Below are positions 49,452 to 61,397 of a stretch of DNA of 64,000 nt, one piece after another (within the stretch, counting starts at the first letter, position 1; each line of letters starts with the position of its first letter). The position numbers and the translations under genes are program-made. A model generated the notes under the pieces. It did not search any database. It was not told the origin of the DNA and was given only the letters and a program-made list of their open reading frames with translations. The stretch is taken from sequence record NC_028927.1. One strand, given 5' to 3'. The DNA comes from Escherichia phage slur02.

Positions 49452-50042
49452 ATGCTCTTTACATTTTTTGATCCGATTGAATATGCGGCCAAAACGGTGA
49501 ATAAAAACGCGCCGACTATTCCTATGACAGATATTTTTAGAAACTATAAAGACTATTTCAAACGTGCTCTTGCGGGATACCGCTTACGTACTTATTATAT
49601 TAAAGGTTCACCTCGTCCCGAAGAATTAGCAAATACTATATATGGAAATCCACAGTTGTATTGGGTTTTATTGATGTGTAATGATAATTATGACCCGTAT
49701 TATGGATGGATTACTTCGCAAGAAGCTGCTTATCAAGCATCTATACAAAAATACAAAAATGTAGGTGGAGACCAAATAGTATATCATGTGAATGAGAATG
49801 GTGAAAAATTTTATAATTTAATATCATACGATGATAATCCATATGTTTGGTATGATAAAGGCGATAAAGCTAGAAAATATCCTCAATACGAAGGAGCACT
49901 TGCTGCGGTCGATACGTATGAAGCTGCTGTTCTTGAAAATGAAAAACTTCGTCAAATAAAAATAATAGCAAAATCAGACATTAATTCATTTATGAACGAC
50001 CTTATACGTATAATGGAGAAATCTTATGGAAATGATAAGTAA
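49452..50042 (+). CDS. 53: baseplate wedge protein gp53
   Basis: 196 aa; TATAAATA late promoter and GGAGG RBS upstream. Confidence 0.9.
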   Translation: MLFTFFDPIEYAAKTVNKNAPTIPMTDIFRNYKDYFKRALAGYRLRTYYIKGSPRPEELANTIYGNPQLYWVLLMCNDNYDPYYGWITSQEAAYQASIQKYKNVGGDQIVYHVNENGEKFYNLISYDDNPYVWYDKGDKARKYPQYEGALAAVDTYEAAVLENEKLRQIKIIAKSDINSFMNDLIRIMEKSYGNDK

Positions 50043-51753
50043 TAACCTTAATTGGTTTGTTGGTGTTGTTGAAGATAGAATGGACCCATTAAAATTAGGT
50101 CGTGTTCGTGTTCGTGTTGTTGGTCTGCATCCACCTCAAAGAGCACAAGGTGATGTAATGGGTATTCCAACTGAAAAATTACCATGGATGTCAGTTATTC
50201 AACCTATAACTTCTGCAGCAATGTCTGGAATTGGAGGCTCCGTTACTGGACCGGTAGAAGGAACTAGAGTTTATGGTCATTTTTTAGACAAATGGAAAAC
50301 TAACGGAATTGTCCTTGGCACGTATGGTGGAATAGTTCGCGAAAAACCGAATAGACTTGAAGGATTTTCTGACCCAACTGGGCAATATCCTAGACGTTTA
50401 GGAAATGATACTAACGTACTAAACCAAGGCGGAGAAGTAGGATATGATTCGTCTTCTAACGTTATCCAAGATAGTAACTTAGACACCGCAATAAATCCCG
50501 ATGATAGACCACTATCAGAGATTCCAACTGATGATAATCCAAACATGTCAATGGCTGAAATGCTTCGCCGTGATGAAGGATTAAGACTAAAAGTTTATTG
50601 GGATACCGAAGGATATCCCACAATTGGTATTGGTCATCTTATCATGAAGCAGCCAGTTCGTGATATGGCTCAAATTAATAAAGTTTTATCAAAACAAGTT
50701 GGTCGTGAAATTACTGGAAACCCAGGTTCTATTACAATGGAAGAAGCGACGACTTTATTTGAGCGTGATTTGGCTGATATGCAACGTGACATTAAATCAC
50801 ATTCTAAAGTAGGACCAGTCTGGCAAGCTGTCAACCGTTCTCGTCAAATGGCATTAGAAAATATGGCATTTCAGATGGGTGTTGGCGGTGTAGCTAAATT
50901 TAACACAATGTTAACTGCCATGTTAGCAGGAGATTGGGAAAAAGCATATAAAGCCGGTCGTGATTCATTGTGGTATCAACAAACAAAAGGCCGTGCATCC
51001 CGTGTTACCATGATTATTCTTACGGGGAATTTGGAATCATATGGTGTTGAAGTGAAAACTCCAGCTAGGTCTTTATCGGCAATGGCTGCGACTGTAGCTA
51101 AATCTTCTGACCCTGCTGACCCTCCTATTCCAAATGACTCGAGAATTTTATTCAAAGAACCAGTTTCTTCATATAAAGGCGAATATCCTTATGTGCATAC
51201 AATGGAAACTGAAAGCGGACATATTCAGGAATTTGATGATACCCCTGGGCAAGAACGATACAGATTAGTTCATCCAACTGGAACTTATGAAGAAGTATCA
51301 CCGTCAGGAAGAAGAACAAGAAAAACTGTTGATAATTTGTATGATATAACCAACGCTGATGGTAATTTTTTGGTAGCCGGTGATAAAAAGACTAACGTCG
51401 GTGGATCAGAAATTTATTACAACATGGATAATCGTCTTCACCAAATAGATGGAAGCAATACGATATTTGTTCGAGGCGATGAAACTAAGACGGTTGAAGG
51501 TAATGGAACTATCCTAGTTAAAGGTAATGTTACTATTGTAGTTGAAGGTAATGCTGACATTACAGTTAAAGGAGATGCTACCACTTTAGTTGAAGGTAAT
51601 CAAACTAATACAGTAAATGGAAATCTTTCTTGGAAAGTTGCTGGGACAGTTGATTGGGACGTTGGTGGTGATTGGACAGAAAAAATGGCATCTATGAGTT
51701 CTATTTCATCTGGTCAATACACAATTGATGGATCGAGGATTGACATTGGCTAA
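50026..51753 (+). CDS. 5: baseplate hub / cell-puncturing protein gp5 with lysozyme domain
   Basis: 575 aa; N-terminal OB domain, lysozyme domain similar to gpe, C-terminal VxGxxxxx beta-helix repeats. Confidence 0.95.
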   Translation: MEMISNNLNWFVGVVEDRMDPLKLGRVRVRVVGLHPPQRAQGDVMGIPTEKLPWMSVIQPITSAAMSGIGGSVTGPVEGTRVYGHFLDKWKTNGIVLGTYGGIVREKPNRLEGFSDPTGQYPRRLGNDTNVLNQGGEVGYDSSSNVIQDSNLDTAINPDDRPLSEIPTDDNPNMSMAEMLRRDEGLRLKVYWDTEGYPTIGIGHLIMKQPVRDMAQINKVLSKQVGREITGNPGSITMEEATTLFERDLADMQRDIKSHSKVGPVWQAVNRSRQMALENMAFQMGVGGVAKFNTMLTAMLAGDWEKAYKAGRDSLWYQQTKGRASRVTMIILTGNLESYGVEVKTPARSLSAMAATVAKSSDPADPPIPNDSRILFKEPVSSYKGEYPYVHTMETESGHIQEFDDTPGQERYRLVHPTGTYEEVSPSGRRTRKTVDNLYDITNADGNFLVAGDKKTNVGGSEIYYNMDNRLHQIDGSNTIFVRGDETKTVEGNGTILVKGNVTIVVEGNADITVKGDATTLVEGNQTNTVNGNLSWKVAGTVDWDVGGDWTEKMASMSSISSGQYTIDGSRIDIG

Positions 51754-51787
51754 TATACTTCCAATGAGCGCTGATTTAGGAGAATCC

Positions 51788-52282
51788 ATGGAAGGTTCTT
51801 CTATCGACGTCACCTTTACCGCTCAATTAGAAACAGGTGAAACGTTAGTATCTATAAATATAACTAGTTACGAAGAAACTCCTGGGGTTTTAGTAGAAGA
51901 AAATCGCTTATACGGAACATATGAATCTGTGTTTGGATTTGGAAATGACGCGTTGAAATATCGTTTAGGTGATGAATTTAAAACTGCTGCTTCATGGGAA
52001 GAACTTCCTACTGATTCTGACACTCAGTTGTATTTGTGGAAAGCTCCTAAAAACCTCCAGAAGACATTCACTTACGAAGTAACATTAATATATGACTACC
52101 AAGAACAAAGTGAATCTGGAGGTTCTGGCAGTAATTCTAGGTCATCTTCTGATACTACTGAACCAACGGATCCTCCTGCTCCAATAAGAAAAACTCTCGT
52201 TAAAAATTATACTAAAACTATAGTTGGAAATTGGAGTCGTTGGGCTAATAAACTGAGAAGCTATGTGTATGAGAGGCCATAA
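51788..52282 (+). CDS. hypothetical protein gp5.1
   Basis: ORF 51725-52282; start likely ATG 51788 with AGGAG RBS. Confidence 0.6.
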
Positions 52283-52576
52283 ATGTCAGGATTAAGTTAT
52301 GATAAGTGTGTTACTGCTGGCCATGAAGCGTGGCCTCCAACAGTTGTGAATGCTACACAAAGTAAAGTATTCACTGGAGGAATTGCTGTTCTAGTAGCAG
52401 GCGATCCAATTACAGAACATACAGAAATTAAAAAGCCATATGAAACACATGGCGGAGTGACACAACCTAGAACTTCTAAGGTATATGTCACAGGAAAGAA
52501 AGCTGTTCAAATGGCTGATCCAATATCATGCGGTGATACTGTGGCTCAGGCATCATCTAAAGTATTCATTAAATAG
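52283..52576 (+). CDS. 5.4: PAAR-repeat spike-tip protein gp5.4
   Basis: 97 aa; matches T4 gp5.4 as recalled. Confidence 0.85.
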
Positions 52577-52584
52577 GATTTAAA

Positions 52585-54567
52585 ATGGCAAATACCCCTG
52601 TAAATTATCAATTAACAAGAACAGCAAATGCTATTCCCGAGATATTCGTCGGGGGTACGTTTGCTGAAATAAAACAAAACCTCATTGAATGGCTTAATGG
52701 CCAAAATGAATTTTTGGATTATGATTTTGAAGGCTCAAGATTAAACGTTCTGTGTGACCTTTTGGCTTATAATACGCTGTACATTCAACAGTTTGGTAAT
52801 GCTGCTGTGTATGAAAGCTTTATGCGTACTGCTAACTTACGAAGTTCAGTTGTTCAAGCTGCACAAGATAACGGATATTTACCTACTTCAAAATCCGCTG
52901 CGCAGACCGAAATTATGTTAACATGCACCGACGCATTGAATAGGAATTACATTACTATTCCTCGCGGAACTCGCTTTTTAGCATATGCAAAAGATACTTC
53001 TGTTAATCCATATAACTTCGTTTCTACCGAAGACGTTATTGCCATTCGTGATAAAAATAACCAATATTTTCCGCGTTTAAAATTGGCCCAGGGACGTATA
53101 GTAAGAACTGAAATCATTTATGATAAATTAACACCTATTATCATTTATGATAAAAATATTGATAGAAACCAGGTTAAATTATATGTTGATGGAGCGGAAT
53201 GGATTAACTGGACGAGAAAGTCAATGGTTCATGCTGGTTCAACATCAACGATTTACTATATGCGTGAAACTATTGATGGAAACACTGAATTCTATTTTGG
53301 CGAAGGTGAAATTTCTGTTAATGCTTCTGAAGGAGCTTTGACCGCTAATTATATCGGAGGTCTTAAACCTACCCAGAACTCTACGATTGTTATTGAGTAC
53401 ATCAGTACTAACGGTGCAGATGCGAATGGCGCAGTCGGATTTTCATATGCAGATACATTAACAAATATAACTGTCATCAATATTAATGAAAATCCAAACG
53501 ACGACCCAGATTTTGTCGGAGCAGATGGCGGCGGTGATCCAGAAGATATTGAGCGTATTCGCGAATTGGGTACTATTAAACGCGAAACTCAGCAACGATG
53601 CGTAACTGCGACTGACTACGATACATTCGTTTCAGAGAGATTTGGTTCTATTATTCAAGCTGTTCAGACTTTCACTGATTCTACTAAACCTGGGTATGCA
53701 TTTATTGCTGCTAAACCTAAATCAGGATTGTATTTAACTACTGTGCAACGTGAAGATATTAAAAATTATCTCAAAGACTATAATTTAGCTCCTATTACGC
53801 CATCAATTATTTCTCCTAATTATCTTTTTATTAAGACTAATTTAAAAGTCACATATGCTTTAAATAAACTACAAGAATCCGAGCAGTGGCTTGAAGGTCA
53901 AATAATTGATAAAATTGATCGTTATTATACCGAAGATGTAGAAATTTTTAACTCGTCTTTCGCTAAATCTAAGATGTTAACTTATGTAGATGATGCAGAT
54001 CATTCTGTCATTGGTTCATCAGCGACTATTCAAATGGTTCGTGAAGTACAAAACTTCTATAAAACACCTGAAGCAGGTATTAAATACAATAATCAAATAA
54101 AAGATCGTTCTATGGAATCTAATACGTTTTCATTTAATTCTGGACAAAAGGTTGTAAATCCTGATACTGGTTTAGAAGAAGATGTATTATATGACGTTCG
54201 TATAGTATCAACAGACCGAGATTCTAAAGGAATTGGTAAAGTTATTATTGGTCCATTTGCTTCTGGCGATGTTACAGAAAATGAAAACATTCAGCCATAT
54301 ACAGGCAATGATTTTAATAAATTAGCAAATTCTGATGGACGCGACAAATACTATGTTATCGGTGAAATAAATTATCCGGCTGACATGATTTATTGGAATA
54401 TCGCTAAAATTAATTTAACATCTGAAAAATTTGAAGTTCAGACTATTGAATTATATTCTGACCCAACCGATGATGTTATCTTTACTCGCGATGGTTCACT
54501 GATTGTATTTGAAAATGACTTACGTCCACAATACTTAACTATCGATTTGGAGCCTATATCACAATGA
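52585..54567 (+). CDS. 6: baseplate wedge protein gp6
   Basis: 660 aa; T4 synteny. Confidence 0.92.
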   Translation: MANTPVNYQLTRTANAIPEIFVGGTFAEIKQNLIEWLNGQNEFLDYDFEGSRLNVLCDLLAYNTLYIQQFGNAAVYESFMRTANLRSSVVQAAQDNGYLPTSKSAAQTEIMLTCTDALNRNYITIPRGTRFLAYAKDTSVNPYNFVSTEDVIAIRDKNNQYFPRLKLAQGRIVRTEIIYDKLTPIIIYDKNIDRNQVKLYVDGAEWINWTRKSMVHAGSTSTIYYMRETIDGNTEFYFGEGEISVNASEGALTANYIGGLKPTQNSTIVIEYISTNGADANGAVGFSYADTLTNITVININENPNDDPDFVGADGGGDPEDIERIRELGTIKRETQQRCVTATDYDTFVSERFGSIIQAVQTFTDSTKPGYAFIAAKPKSGLYLTTVQREDIKNYLKDYNLAPITPSIISPNYLFIKTNLKVTYALNKLQESEQWLEGQIIDKIDRYYTEDVEIFNSSFAKSKMLTYVDDADHSVIGSSATIQMVREVQNFYKTPEAGIKYNNQIKDRSMESNTFSFNSGQKVVNPDTGLEEDVLYDVRIVSTDRDSKGIGKVIIGPFASGDVTENENIQPYTGNDFNKLANSDGRDKYYVIGEINYPADMIYWNIAKINLTSEKFEVQTIELYSDPTDDVIFTRDGSLIVFENDLRPQYLTIDLEPISQ

Positions 54568-57500
54568 CAGTAAAAGCACCTTCAGTCACTAGTCTCAGAA
54601 TTTCCAAGTTATCCGCAAATCAGGTGCAAGTACGCTGGGATGACGTTGGTGCTAATTTCTACTATTTTGTAGAAATCGCTGAGACAAAAACAGACTCGGG
54701 GGAAAATCTCCCGAGTAATCAATACAGATGGATTAACTTAGGATATACTGCAAATAACAGCTTCTTTTTTGATGATGCTGATCCATTGACATCATACATT
54801 ATCAGAGTAGCTACAGCTGCGCAAGATTTTGAGCAGTCTGATTGGATTTATACCGAAGAGTTTGAAACTTTTGCTACAAATGCTTATACATTTCAAAACA
54901 TGATTGAAATGCAATTAGCCAATAAATTCATTCAGGAAAAATTTACTCTTAATAATTCTGATTATGTTAATTTTAATAATGACACTATAATGGCTGCATT
55001 GATGAATGAATCATTTCAATTCAGCCCATCGTATGTTGATGTTTCATCAATAAGTAATTTTATTATTGGTGAAAATGAGTATCATGAAATACAAGGTTCC
55101 ATTCAGCAAGTATGTAAGGATATTAACCGAGTTTATTTGATGGAATCAGAAGGGATTCTATATCTTTTTGAGCGTTATCAACCCGTGGTTAAAGTATCTA
55201 ATGATAAAGGACAAACCTGGAAAGCTGTAAAGCTCTTCAATGACCGTGTAGGATATCCTTTATCTAAGACAGTATATTACCAATCTGCGAACACTACATA
55301 CGTTCTAGGATACGACAAGATTTTCTATGGCCGCAAATCTACTGATGTTAGATGGTCAGCCGATGATGTCAGATTTAGTTCTCAGGATATAACATTTGCT
55401 AAACTTGGCGACCAACTTCATTTAGGATTTGATGTAGAAATTTTTGCCACTTACGCGACTTTGCCAGCGAATGTATACCGCATTGCAGAAGCTATTACTT
55501 GCACCGATGATTACATTTACGTTGTCGCCAGAGACAAAGTTAGATACATAAAAACGAGTAATGCACCTATAGATTCTGATCCATTATCTCCAACATATTC
55601 GGAAAGACTTTTTGAACCTGATACTATGACTATAACCGGAAATCCTAAAGCGGTATGCTATAAAATGGATTCTATCGGTGATAAAGTTTTTGCTCTTATT
55701 ATTGGTGAAGTTGAAACATTAAATGCTAATCCTAGAACATCAAAAATAATTGATTCCGCTGATAAAGGAATATATGTTTTAAATCATGACGAAAAAACAT
55801 GGAAAAGAGTTTTTGGTAATACCGAAGAAGAAAGAAGACGTATTCAACCCGGATATGCGAATATGTCAACTGACGGTAAATTAGTTTCTCTGTCTTCGAG
55901 TAATTTTAAATTTTTAAGTGATAATGTTGTTAATGACACTGAAACTGCAGCAAAATATCAGTTAATTGGTGCTGTCAAATATGAATTTCCTCGTGAATGG
56001 CTAGCTGATAAGCATTATCATATGATGGCATTTATAGCGGATGAAAAATCTGATTGGGAGACTTTTACTCCTCAACCAATGAAATACTACGCAGAACCGT
56101 TCTTTAACTGGTCTAAAAAATCTAACACACGCTGTTGGATAAACAACTCCGATAGGGTTGTAGTAGTTTATGCTGATTTAAAATACACTAAAGTTATAGA
56201 AAATATTCCGGAAACATCACCAGATAGATTAGTTCATGAATACTGGGATGATGGCGATTGTACTATAGTAATGCCAAATGTTAAATTCACTGGATTTAAA
56301 AAATATGCATCTGGGATGCTTTTCTATAAAGCCTCTGGTGAAATAATTTCTTACTATGATTTTAACTATCGTGTGAGAGATACAGTAGAAATTATTTGGA
56401 AGCCAACTGAAGTATTTTTAAAAGCATTTTTACAAAACCAAGAGCATGAAACTCCTTGGTCGCCTGAAGAAGAGCGTGGATTGGCTGACCCTGATTTAAG
56501 ACCATTGATTGGCACAATGATGCCTGATTCTTATTTGTTGCAGGATTCGAATTTTGAGGCATTTTGCGAAGCATATATTCAGTATCTTTCTGATGGATAT
56601 GGAACTCAGTATAACAATTTACGAAATTTAATTCGTAACAAATATCCACGAGAAGAGCATGCATGGGAATATTTGTGGTCAGAGATATATAAAAGAAACA
56701 TTTATTTAAATGCTGACAAACGTGATGCTGTTGCAAGATTTTTCGAATCACGTAGCTATGATTTTTATTCTACTAAAGGAATTGAAGCATCATACAAGTT
56801 TCTTTTTAAAGTTCTTTATAATGAAGAAGTTGAAATTGAAATTGAATCTGGGGCTGGTACTGAATATGACATAATCGTTCAATCTGATTCTTTGACTGAA
56901 GATTTAGTAGGACAAACGATTTATACAGCCACAGGAAGATGTAATGTTACTTATATAGAAAGAAGTTATTCTAATGGTAAATTGCAATGGACCGTAACTA
57001 TTCATAATCTTTTGGGAAGATTAATTGCTGGTCAAGAAGTTAAAGCAGAAAGACTCCCTAGTTTTGAAGGCGAAATTATTCGTGGAGTTAAAGGAAAGGA
57101 TTTGCTTCAAAACAATATAGACTATATTAATAGAAGTCGATCATATTATGTAATGAAAATTAAATCCAATTTACCTTCTTCCCGTTGGAAATCTGACGTT
57201 ATTCGTTTTGTTCATCCAGTAGGATTTGGATTTATAGCAATTACACTTTTAACAATGTTTATTAATGTTGGTTTAACTCTTAAACATACAGAGACTATAA
57301 TTAATAAATACAAAAACTATAAATGGGATTCTGGATTGCCTACTGAATATGCTGATAGAGTAGCTAAATTAACTCCAGCTGGTGAAATTGAGCATGATTC
57401 AGTAACAGGCGAAGCAATTTATGAGCCTGGCCCAATGGCTGGTGTAGAATATCCTCTTCCTGATGACTATAATGCTGAAAATAATAATTCAATATTTCAA

Positions 57501-57662
57501 GGTCAATTGCCGTCTGAACGACGTAAATTAATGAGTCCTTTATTTGATGCATCTGGAACAACATTTGCGCAATTTAGAGATTTAGTTAATAAACGTCTAA
57601 AAGACAATATAGGAAATCCAAGAGACCCTGAAAATCCAACACAGGTTAAAATAGATGAATGA
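54564..57662 (+). CDS. 7: baseplate wedge protein gp7
   Basis: 1032 aa; T4 synteny. Confidence 0.92.
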   Translation: MTVKAPSVTSLRISKLSANQVQVRWDDVGANFYYFVEIAETKTDSGENLPSNQYRWINLGYTANNSFFFDDADPLTSYIIRVATAAQDFEQSDWIYTEEFETFATNAYTFQNMIEMQLANKFIQEKFTLNNSDYVNFNNDTIMAALMNESFQFSPSYVDVSSISNFIIGENEYHEIQGSIQQVCKDINRVYLMESEGILYLFERYQPVVKVSNDKGQTWKAVKLFNDRVGYPLSKTVYYQSANTTYVLGYDKIFYGRKSTDVRWSADDVRFSSQDITFAKLGDQLHLGFDVEIFATYATLPANVYRIAEAITCTDDYIYVVARDKVRYIKTSNAPIDSDPLSPTYSERLFEPDTMTITGNPKAVCYKMDSIGDKVFALIIGEVETLNANPRTSKIIDSADKGIYVLNHDEKTWKRVFGNTEEERRRIQPGYANMSTDGKLVSLSSSNFKFLSDNVVNDTETAAKYQLIGAVKYEFPREWLADKHYHMMAFIADEKSDWETFTPQPMKYYAEPFFNWSKKSNTRCWINNSDRVVVVYADLKYTKVIENIPETSPDRLVHEYWDDGDCTIVMPNVKFTGFKKYASGMLFYKASGEIISYYDFNYRVRDTVEIIWKPTEVFLKAFLQNQEHETPWSPEEERGLADPDLRPLIGTMMPDSYLLQDSNFEAFCEAYIQYLSDGYGTQYNNLRNLIRNKYPREEHAWEYLWSEIYKRNIYLNADKRDAVARFFESRSYDFYSTKGIEASYKFLFKVLYNEEVEIEIESGAGTEYDIIVQSDSLTEDLVGQTIYTATGRCNVTYIERSYSNGKLQWTVTIHNLLGRLIAGQEVKAERLPSFEGEIIRGVKGKDLLQNNIDYINRSRSYYVMKIKSNLPSSRWKSDVIRFVHPVGFGFIAITLLTMFINVGLTLKHTETIINKYKNYKWDSGLPTEYADRVAKLTPAGEIEHDSVTGEAIYEPGPMAGVEYPLPDDYNAENNNSIFQGQLPSERRKLMSPLFDASGTTFAQFRDLVNKRLKDNIGNPRDPENPTQVKIDE

Positions 57663-58659
57663 TTCAAGTGTTATCTATCGTGCGATAGTTACTTCAAAAT
57701 TTAGAACAGAAAAAATGTTGAATTTTTATAATTCAATTGGAAGTGGTCCGGATAAAAACACTATCTTTATCACATTTGGAAGATCAGAACCGTGGTCATC
57801 AAATGAAAATGAGGTGGGCTTTGCCCCACCTTATCCAACCGATTCTGTATTAGGCGTAACTGACATGTGGACGCATATGATGGGAACAGTAAAGGTTCTT
57901 CCATCAATGCTTGATGCTGTTATTCCTCGCAGAGATTGGGGAGATACTAGATATCCGGATCCATACACATTTAGAATTAACGATATTGTAGTGTGTAACT
58001 CAGCTCCTTACAACGCTACTGAATCTGGCGCGGGTTGGTTAGTGTATCGTTGTTTAGATGTTCCTGATACCGGAATGTGTTCAATAGCATCTTTAACTGA
58101 TAAGGATGAATGCCTTAAATTAGGCGGAAAATGGACACCTTCTGTTAGGTCAATGACTCCTCCTGAAGGTCGAGGAGATGCTGAAGGAACAATTGAACCT
58201 GGGGACGGATATGTTTGGGAATATCTTTTTGAGATTCCGCCTGATGTATCTATAAATAGATGCACGAATGAATATATCGTGGTTCCTTGGCCTGAGGAAT
58301 TAAAAGAAGACCCGACTAGATGGGGATATGAAGATAATCTCACTTGGCAACAAGATGATTTTGGATTAATTTACCGTGTTAAGGCAAATACTATCCGTTT
58401 TAAAGCATATTTAGATTCAGTTTATTTTCCTGAAGCTGCATTGCCAGGAAATAAAGGATTTAGACAAATATCAATAATCACGAATCCTCTTGAAGCTAAA
58501 GCTCATCCAAATGACCCAAACGTTAAAGCTGAAAAGGATTATTATGACCCAGAAGATTTAATGAGGCATTCGGGTGAAATGATTTATATGGAAAATAGGC
58601 CACCTATTATTATGGCAATGGATCAGACAGAAGAAATCAATATTCTGTTTACATTTTAA
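57655..58659 (+). CDS. 8: baseplate wedge protein gp8
   Basis: 334 aa; T4 synteny. Confidence 0.92.
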   Translation: MNDSSVIYRAIVTSKFRTEKMLNFYNSIGSGPDKNTIFITFGRSEPWSSNENEVGFAPPYPTDSVLGVTDMWTHMMGTVKVLPSMLDAVIPRRDWGDTRYPDPYTFRINDIVVCNSAPYNATESGAGWLVYRCLDVPDTGMCSIASLTDKDECLKLGGKWTPSVRSMTPPEGRGDAEGTIEPGDGYVWEYLFEIPPDVSINRCTNEYIVVPWPEELKEDPTRWGYEDNLTWQQDDFGLIYRVKANTIRFKAYLDSVYFPEAALPGNKGFRQISIITNPLEAKAHPNDPNVKAEKDYYDPEDLMRHSGEMIYMENRPPIIMAMDQTEEINILFTF

Positions 58660-58664
58660 ATTAA

Positions 58665-58688
58665 GGGAGCCCATGGGCTCCCTTTTTC
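58665..58688 (+). terminator. rho-independent terminator after gene 8
   Basis: plus strand GGGAGCCC-AU-GGGCUCCC then UUUUUC. Confidence 0.65.
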
Positions 58689-58690
58689 TT

Positions 58691-58698
58691 TATAAATA
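58691..58698 (+). promoter_or_regulatory. late promoter for gene 9
   Basis: TATAAATA immediately after the gp8 terminator; ATG at 58723. Confidence 0.65.
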
Positions 58699-58722
58699 CT
58701 ATAAACTCATAAGGAAACCGCT

Positions 58723-59589
58723 ATGTTCATTCAAGAACCAAAGAAATTGATTGATACCGGCGAAATTGGTAACGCTTCTACTGGTGATATCTTATTCGAC
58801 GGTGGTAATAAAATTAATAGTGATTTTAATGCAATTTATAATGCGTTTGGCGATCAACGTAAAATGGCAGTAGCAAATGGCACCGGAGCAGATGGTCAAA
58901 TTATCCATGCTACTGGATATTATCAAAAACACTCTATTGCTGAGTATGCAACTCCAGTAAAAGTTGGCACTAGACATGATATTGATACCTCTACTGTAGG
59001 TGTTAAAGTTATCATTGAAAGAGGAGAACTTGGCGATTGTGTTGAATTCATTAATTCTAATGGATCAATATCAGTTACTAATCCTTTAACGATTCAGGCT
59101 ATTGATTCAATTAAAGGTGTTTCAGGTAATTTGGTAGTAACTACTCCATATAGTAAAGTTACTTTACGCTGTATTTCATCTGATAATTCTACGTCGGTTT
59201 GGAATTATTCTATTGAAAGCATGTTTGGTCAAAAGGAATCACCAGTTGAAGGTACGTGGAATATTTCTACATCTGGATCAGTTGACATTCCATTGTTTCA
59301 TCGCACTGAATATAACATGGCTAAATTGTTAGTTACATGCCAGTCAGCAGATGGAAGAAAAATTAAAACAGCAGAAATAAATATTCTTGTGGATATTGTT
59401 AATTCAGAGGTCATTTCTTCTGAATATGCTGTCATGCGAGTTGGGAATGAAACCGAAGAAGACGAAATCGCTAATATTGCATTTAGTATTAAAGAAAATT
59501 ATGTAACGGCGACTATAAGTTCTTCAACTGTCGGTATGAGAGCAGCAGTTAAAGTTATCGCTACGCAGAAAATCGGGGTGGCTCAATAA
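58723..59589 (+). CDS. 9: baseplate protein gp9 (long tail-fibre socket)
   Basis: 288 aa; late promoter and RBS upstream. Confidence 0.92.
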   Translation: MFIQEPKKLIDTGEIGNASTGDILFDGGNKINSDFNAIYNAFGDQRKMAVANGTGADGQIIHATGYYQKHSIAEYATPVKVGTRHDIDTSTVGVKVIIERGELGDCVEFINSNGSISVTNPLTIQAIDSIKGVSGNLVVTTPYSKVTLRCISSDNSTSVWNYSIESMFGQKESPVEGTWNISTSGSVDIPLFHRTEYNMAKLLVTCQSADGRKIKTAEINILVDIVNSEVISSEYAVMRVGNETEEDEIANIAFSIKENYVTATISSSTVGMRAAVKVIATQKIGVAQ

Positions 59590-61397
59590 TGAAACAAAAT
59601 ATTAATATCGGTAATGTTGTAGATGATGGTACCGGTGACTACCTGCGTAAAGGTGGTATAAAAATAAATGAAAACTTTGATGAGCTTTATTACGAGCTTG
59701 GTGACGGTGATGTTCCATATTCAGCTGGTGCCTGGAAAACTTATAATGCTTCATCAGGACAAACATTAACAGCAGAATGGGGAAAATCATACGCTATTAA
59801 TACATCTTCTGGAAGAGTGACTATAAATCTTCCAAAGGGTACAGTTAATGATTACAACAAGGTAATTAGAGCTAGAGACGTATTTGCTACATGGAACGTC
59901 AACCCAGTTACACTAGTAGCTGCTTCCGGCGATACGATTAAAGGGTCTGCAGTACCAGTTGAAATTAATGTTCAATTCAGCGATTTAGAACTAGTGTATT
60001 GTGCCCCAGGACGTTGGGAATATGTCAAAAATAAACAAATTGACAAAATTACCAGTTCAGACATTAGTAATGTAGCTCGTAAAGAATTTTTAGTCGAAGT
60101 CCAAGGACAAACGGACTTTTTAGATGTTTTCCGTGGAACTAGTTATAATGTAAATAACATCAGAGTAAAACATCGCGGTAACGAATTGTATTACGGTGAC
60201 GTGTTTAGCGAAAACAGCGATTTTGGCTCTCCAGGTGAAAATGAAGGAGAACTGGTTCCTCTTGATGGATTTAATATTCGATTAAGACAGCCTTGTAATA
60301 TTGGTGACACTGTTCAAATTGAAACATTTATGGATGGTGTATCGCAGTGGAGAAGTTCATATACAAGACGTCAAATTAGATTGTTAGATTCAAAATTAAC
60401 GTCAAAAACTTCTTTAGAAGGAAGCATTTACGTTACTGATTTATCAACAATGAAATCAATTCCATTTTCTGCTTTTGGATTAATTCCAGGAGAACCTATT
60501 AATCCCAACTCTCTTGAGGTTCGTTTTAATGGGATTTTGCAGGAATTGGCTGGAACAGTTGGAATGCCATTATTTCATTGTGTTGGTGCCGATTCAGACG
60601 ATGAAGTAGAATGCTCTGTTTTAGGTGGAACTTGGGAACAATCTCATACCGATTATTCAGTTGAAACTGATGAAAACGGCATACCGGAAATTTTACATTT
60701 CGATAGAGTATTTGAGCATGGTGACATTATCAATATCACCTGGTTTAATAATGATTTGGGTACATTATTAACGAAAGATGAGATTATTGATGAAACTGAT
60801 AATCTCTATGTATCGCAAGGACCAGGGGTAGATATTTCAGGTGATGTAAATTTAACAGACTTCGATAAAATTGGTTGGCCAAATGTAGAAGCAGTTCAAT
60901 CTTATCAACGCGAATTTAATGCTGTTTCAAATATCTTTGATACGATTTATCCTATTGGAACTATATATGAAAACGCTGTTAATCCAAACAACCCTGTTAC
61001 ATATATGGGATTCGGCTCATGGAAATTATTTGGGCAAGGAAAAGTTTTAGTTGGATGGAATGAAGATATTTCGGACCCTAACTTTGCTCTAAATAACAAC
61101 GATTTAGATTCGGGTGGAAATCCTTCACATACTGCAGGTGGAACAGGCGGTTCTACTTCTGTTACATTGGAAAATGCTAATCTTCCTGCAACTGAAACAG
61201 ATGAAGAAGTTCTAATAGTTGATGAAAATGGATCAGTCATTGTTGGTGGGTGTCAATACGATCCAGATGAATCCGGTCCAATTTACACTAAATACCGTGA
61301 AGCTAAAGCATCTACTAACTCTACTCACACTCCGCCAACATCAATAACTAACATTCAACCATATATTACAGTTTATCGTTGGATAAGGATTGCATAA
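59589..61397 (+). CDS. 10: baseplate protein gp10
   Basis: 602 aa; T4 synteny. Confidence 0.92.
   Translation: MKQNINIGNVVDDGTGDYLRKGGIKINENFDELYYELGDGDVPYSAGAWKTYNASSGQTLTAEWGKSYAINTSSGRVTINLPKGTVNDYNKVIRARDVFATWNVNPVTLVAASGDTIKGSAVPVEINVQFSDLELVYCAPGRWEYVKNKQIDKITSSDISNVARKEFLVEVQGQTDFLDVFRGTSYNVNNIRVKHRGNELYYGDVFSENSDFGSPGENEGELVPLDGFNIRLRQPCNIGDTVQIETFMDGVSQWRSSYTRRQIRLLDSKLTSKTSLEGSIYVTDLSTMKSIPFSAFGLIPGEPINPNSLEVRFNGILQELAGTVGMPLFHCVGADSDDEVECSVLGGTWEQSHTDYSVETDENGIPEILHFDRVFEHGDIINITWFNNDLGTLLTKDEIIDETDNLYVSQGPGVDISGDVNLTDFDKIGWPNVEAVQSYQREFNAVSNIFDTIYPIGTIYENAVNPNNPVTYMGFGSWKLFGQGKVLVGWNEDISDPNFALNNNDLDSGGNPSHTAGGTGGSTSVTLENANLPATETDEEVLIVDENGSVIVGGCQYDPDESGPIYTKYREAKASTNSTHTPPTSITNIQPYITVYRWIRIA

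Noticed and set aside
52297-58977. Minus-strand track ORFs inside the late module (52297-52491, 54093-54290, 56392-56751, 57364-57564, 58008-58343, 58792-58977, 59602-59790, 60947-61240, 63384-63602)
   Set aside because: Antisense within baseplate genes 5.4 to 12, which are supported by T4 synteny
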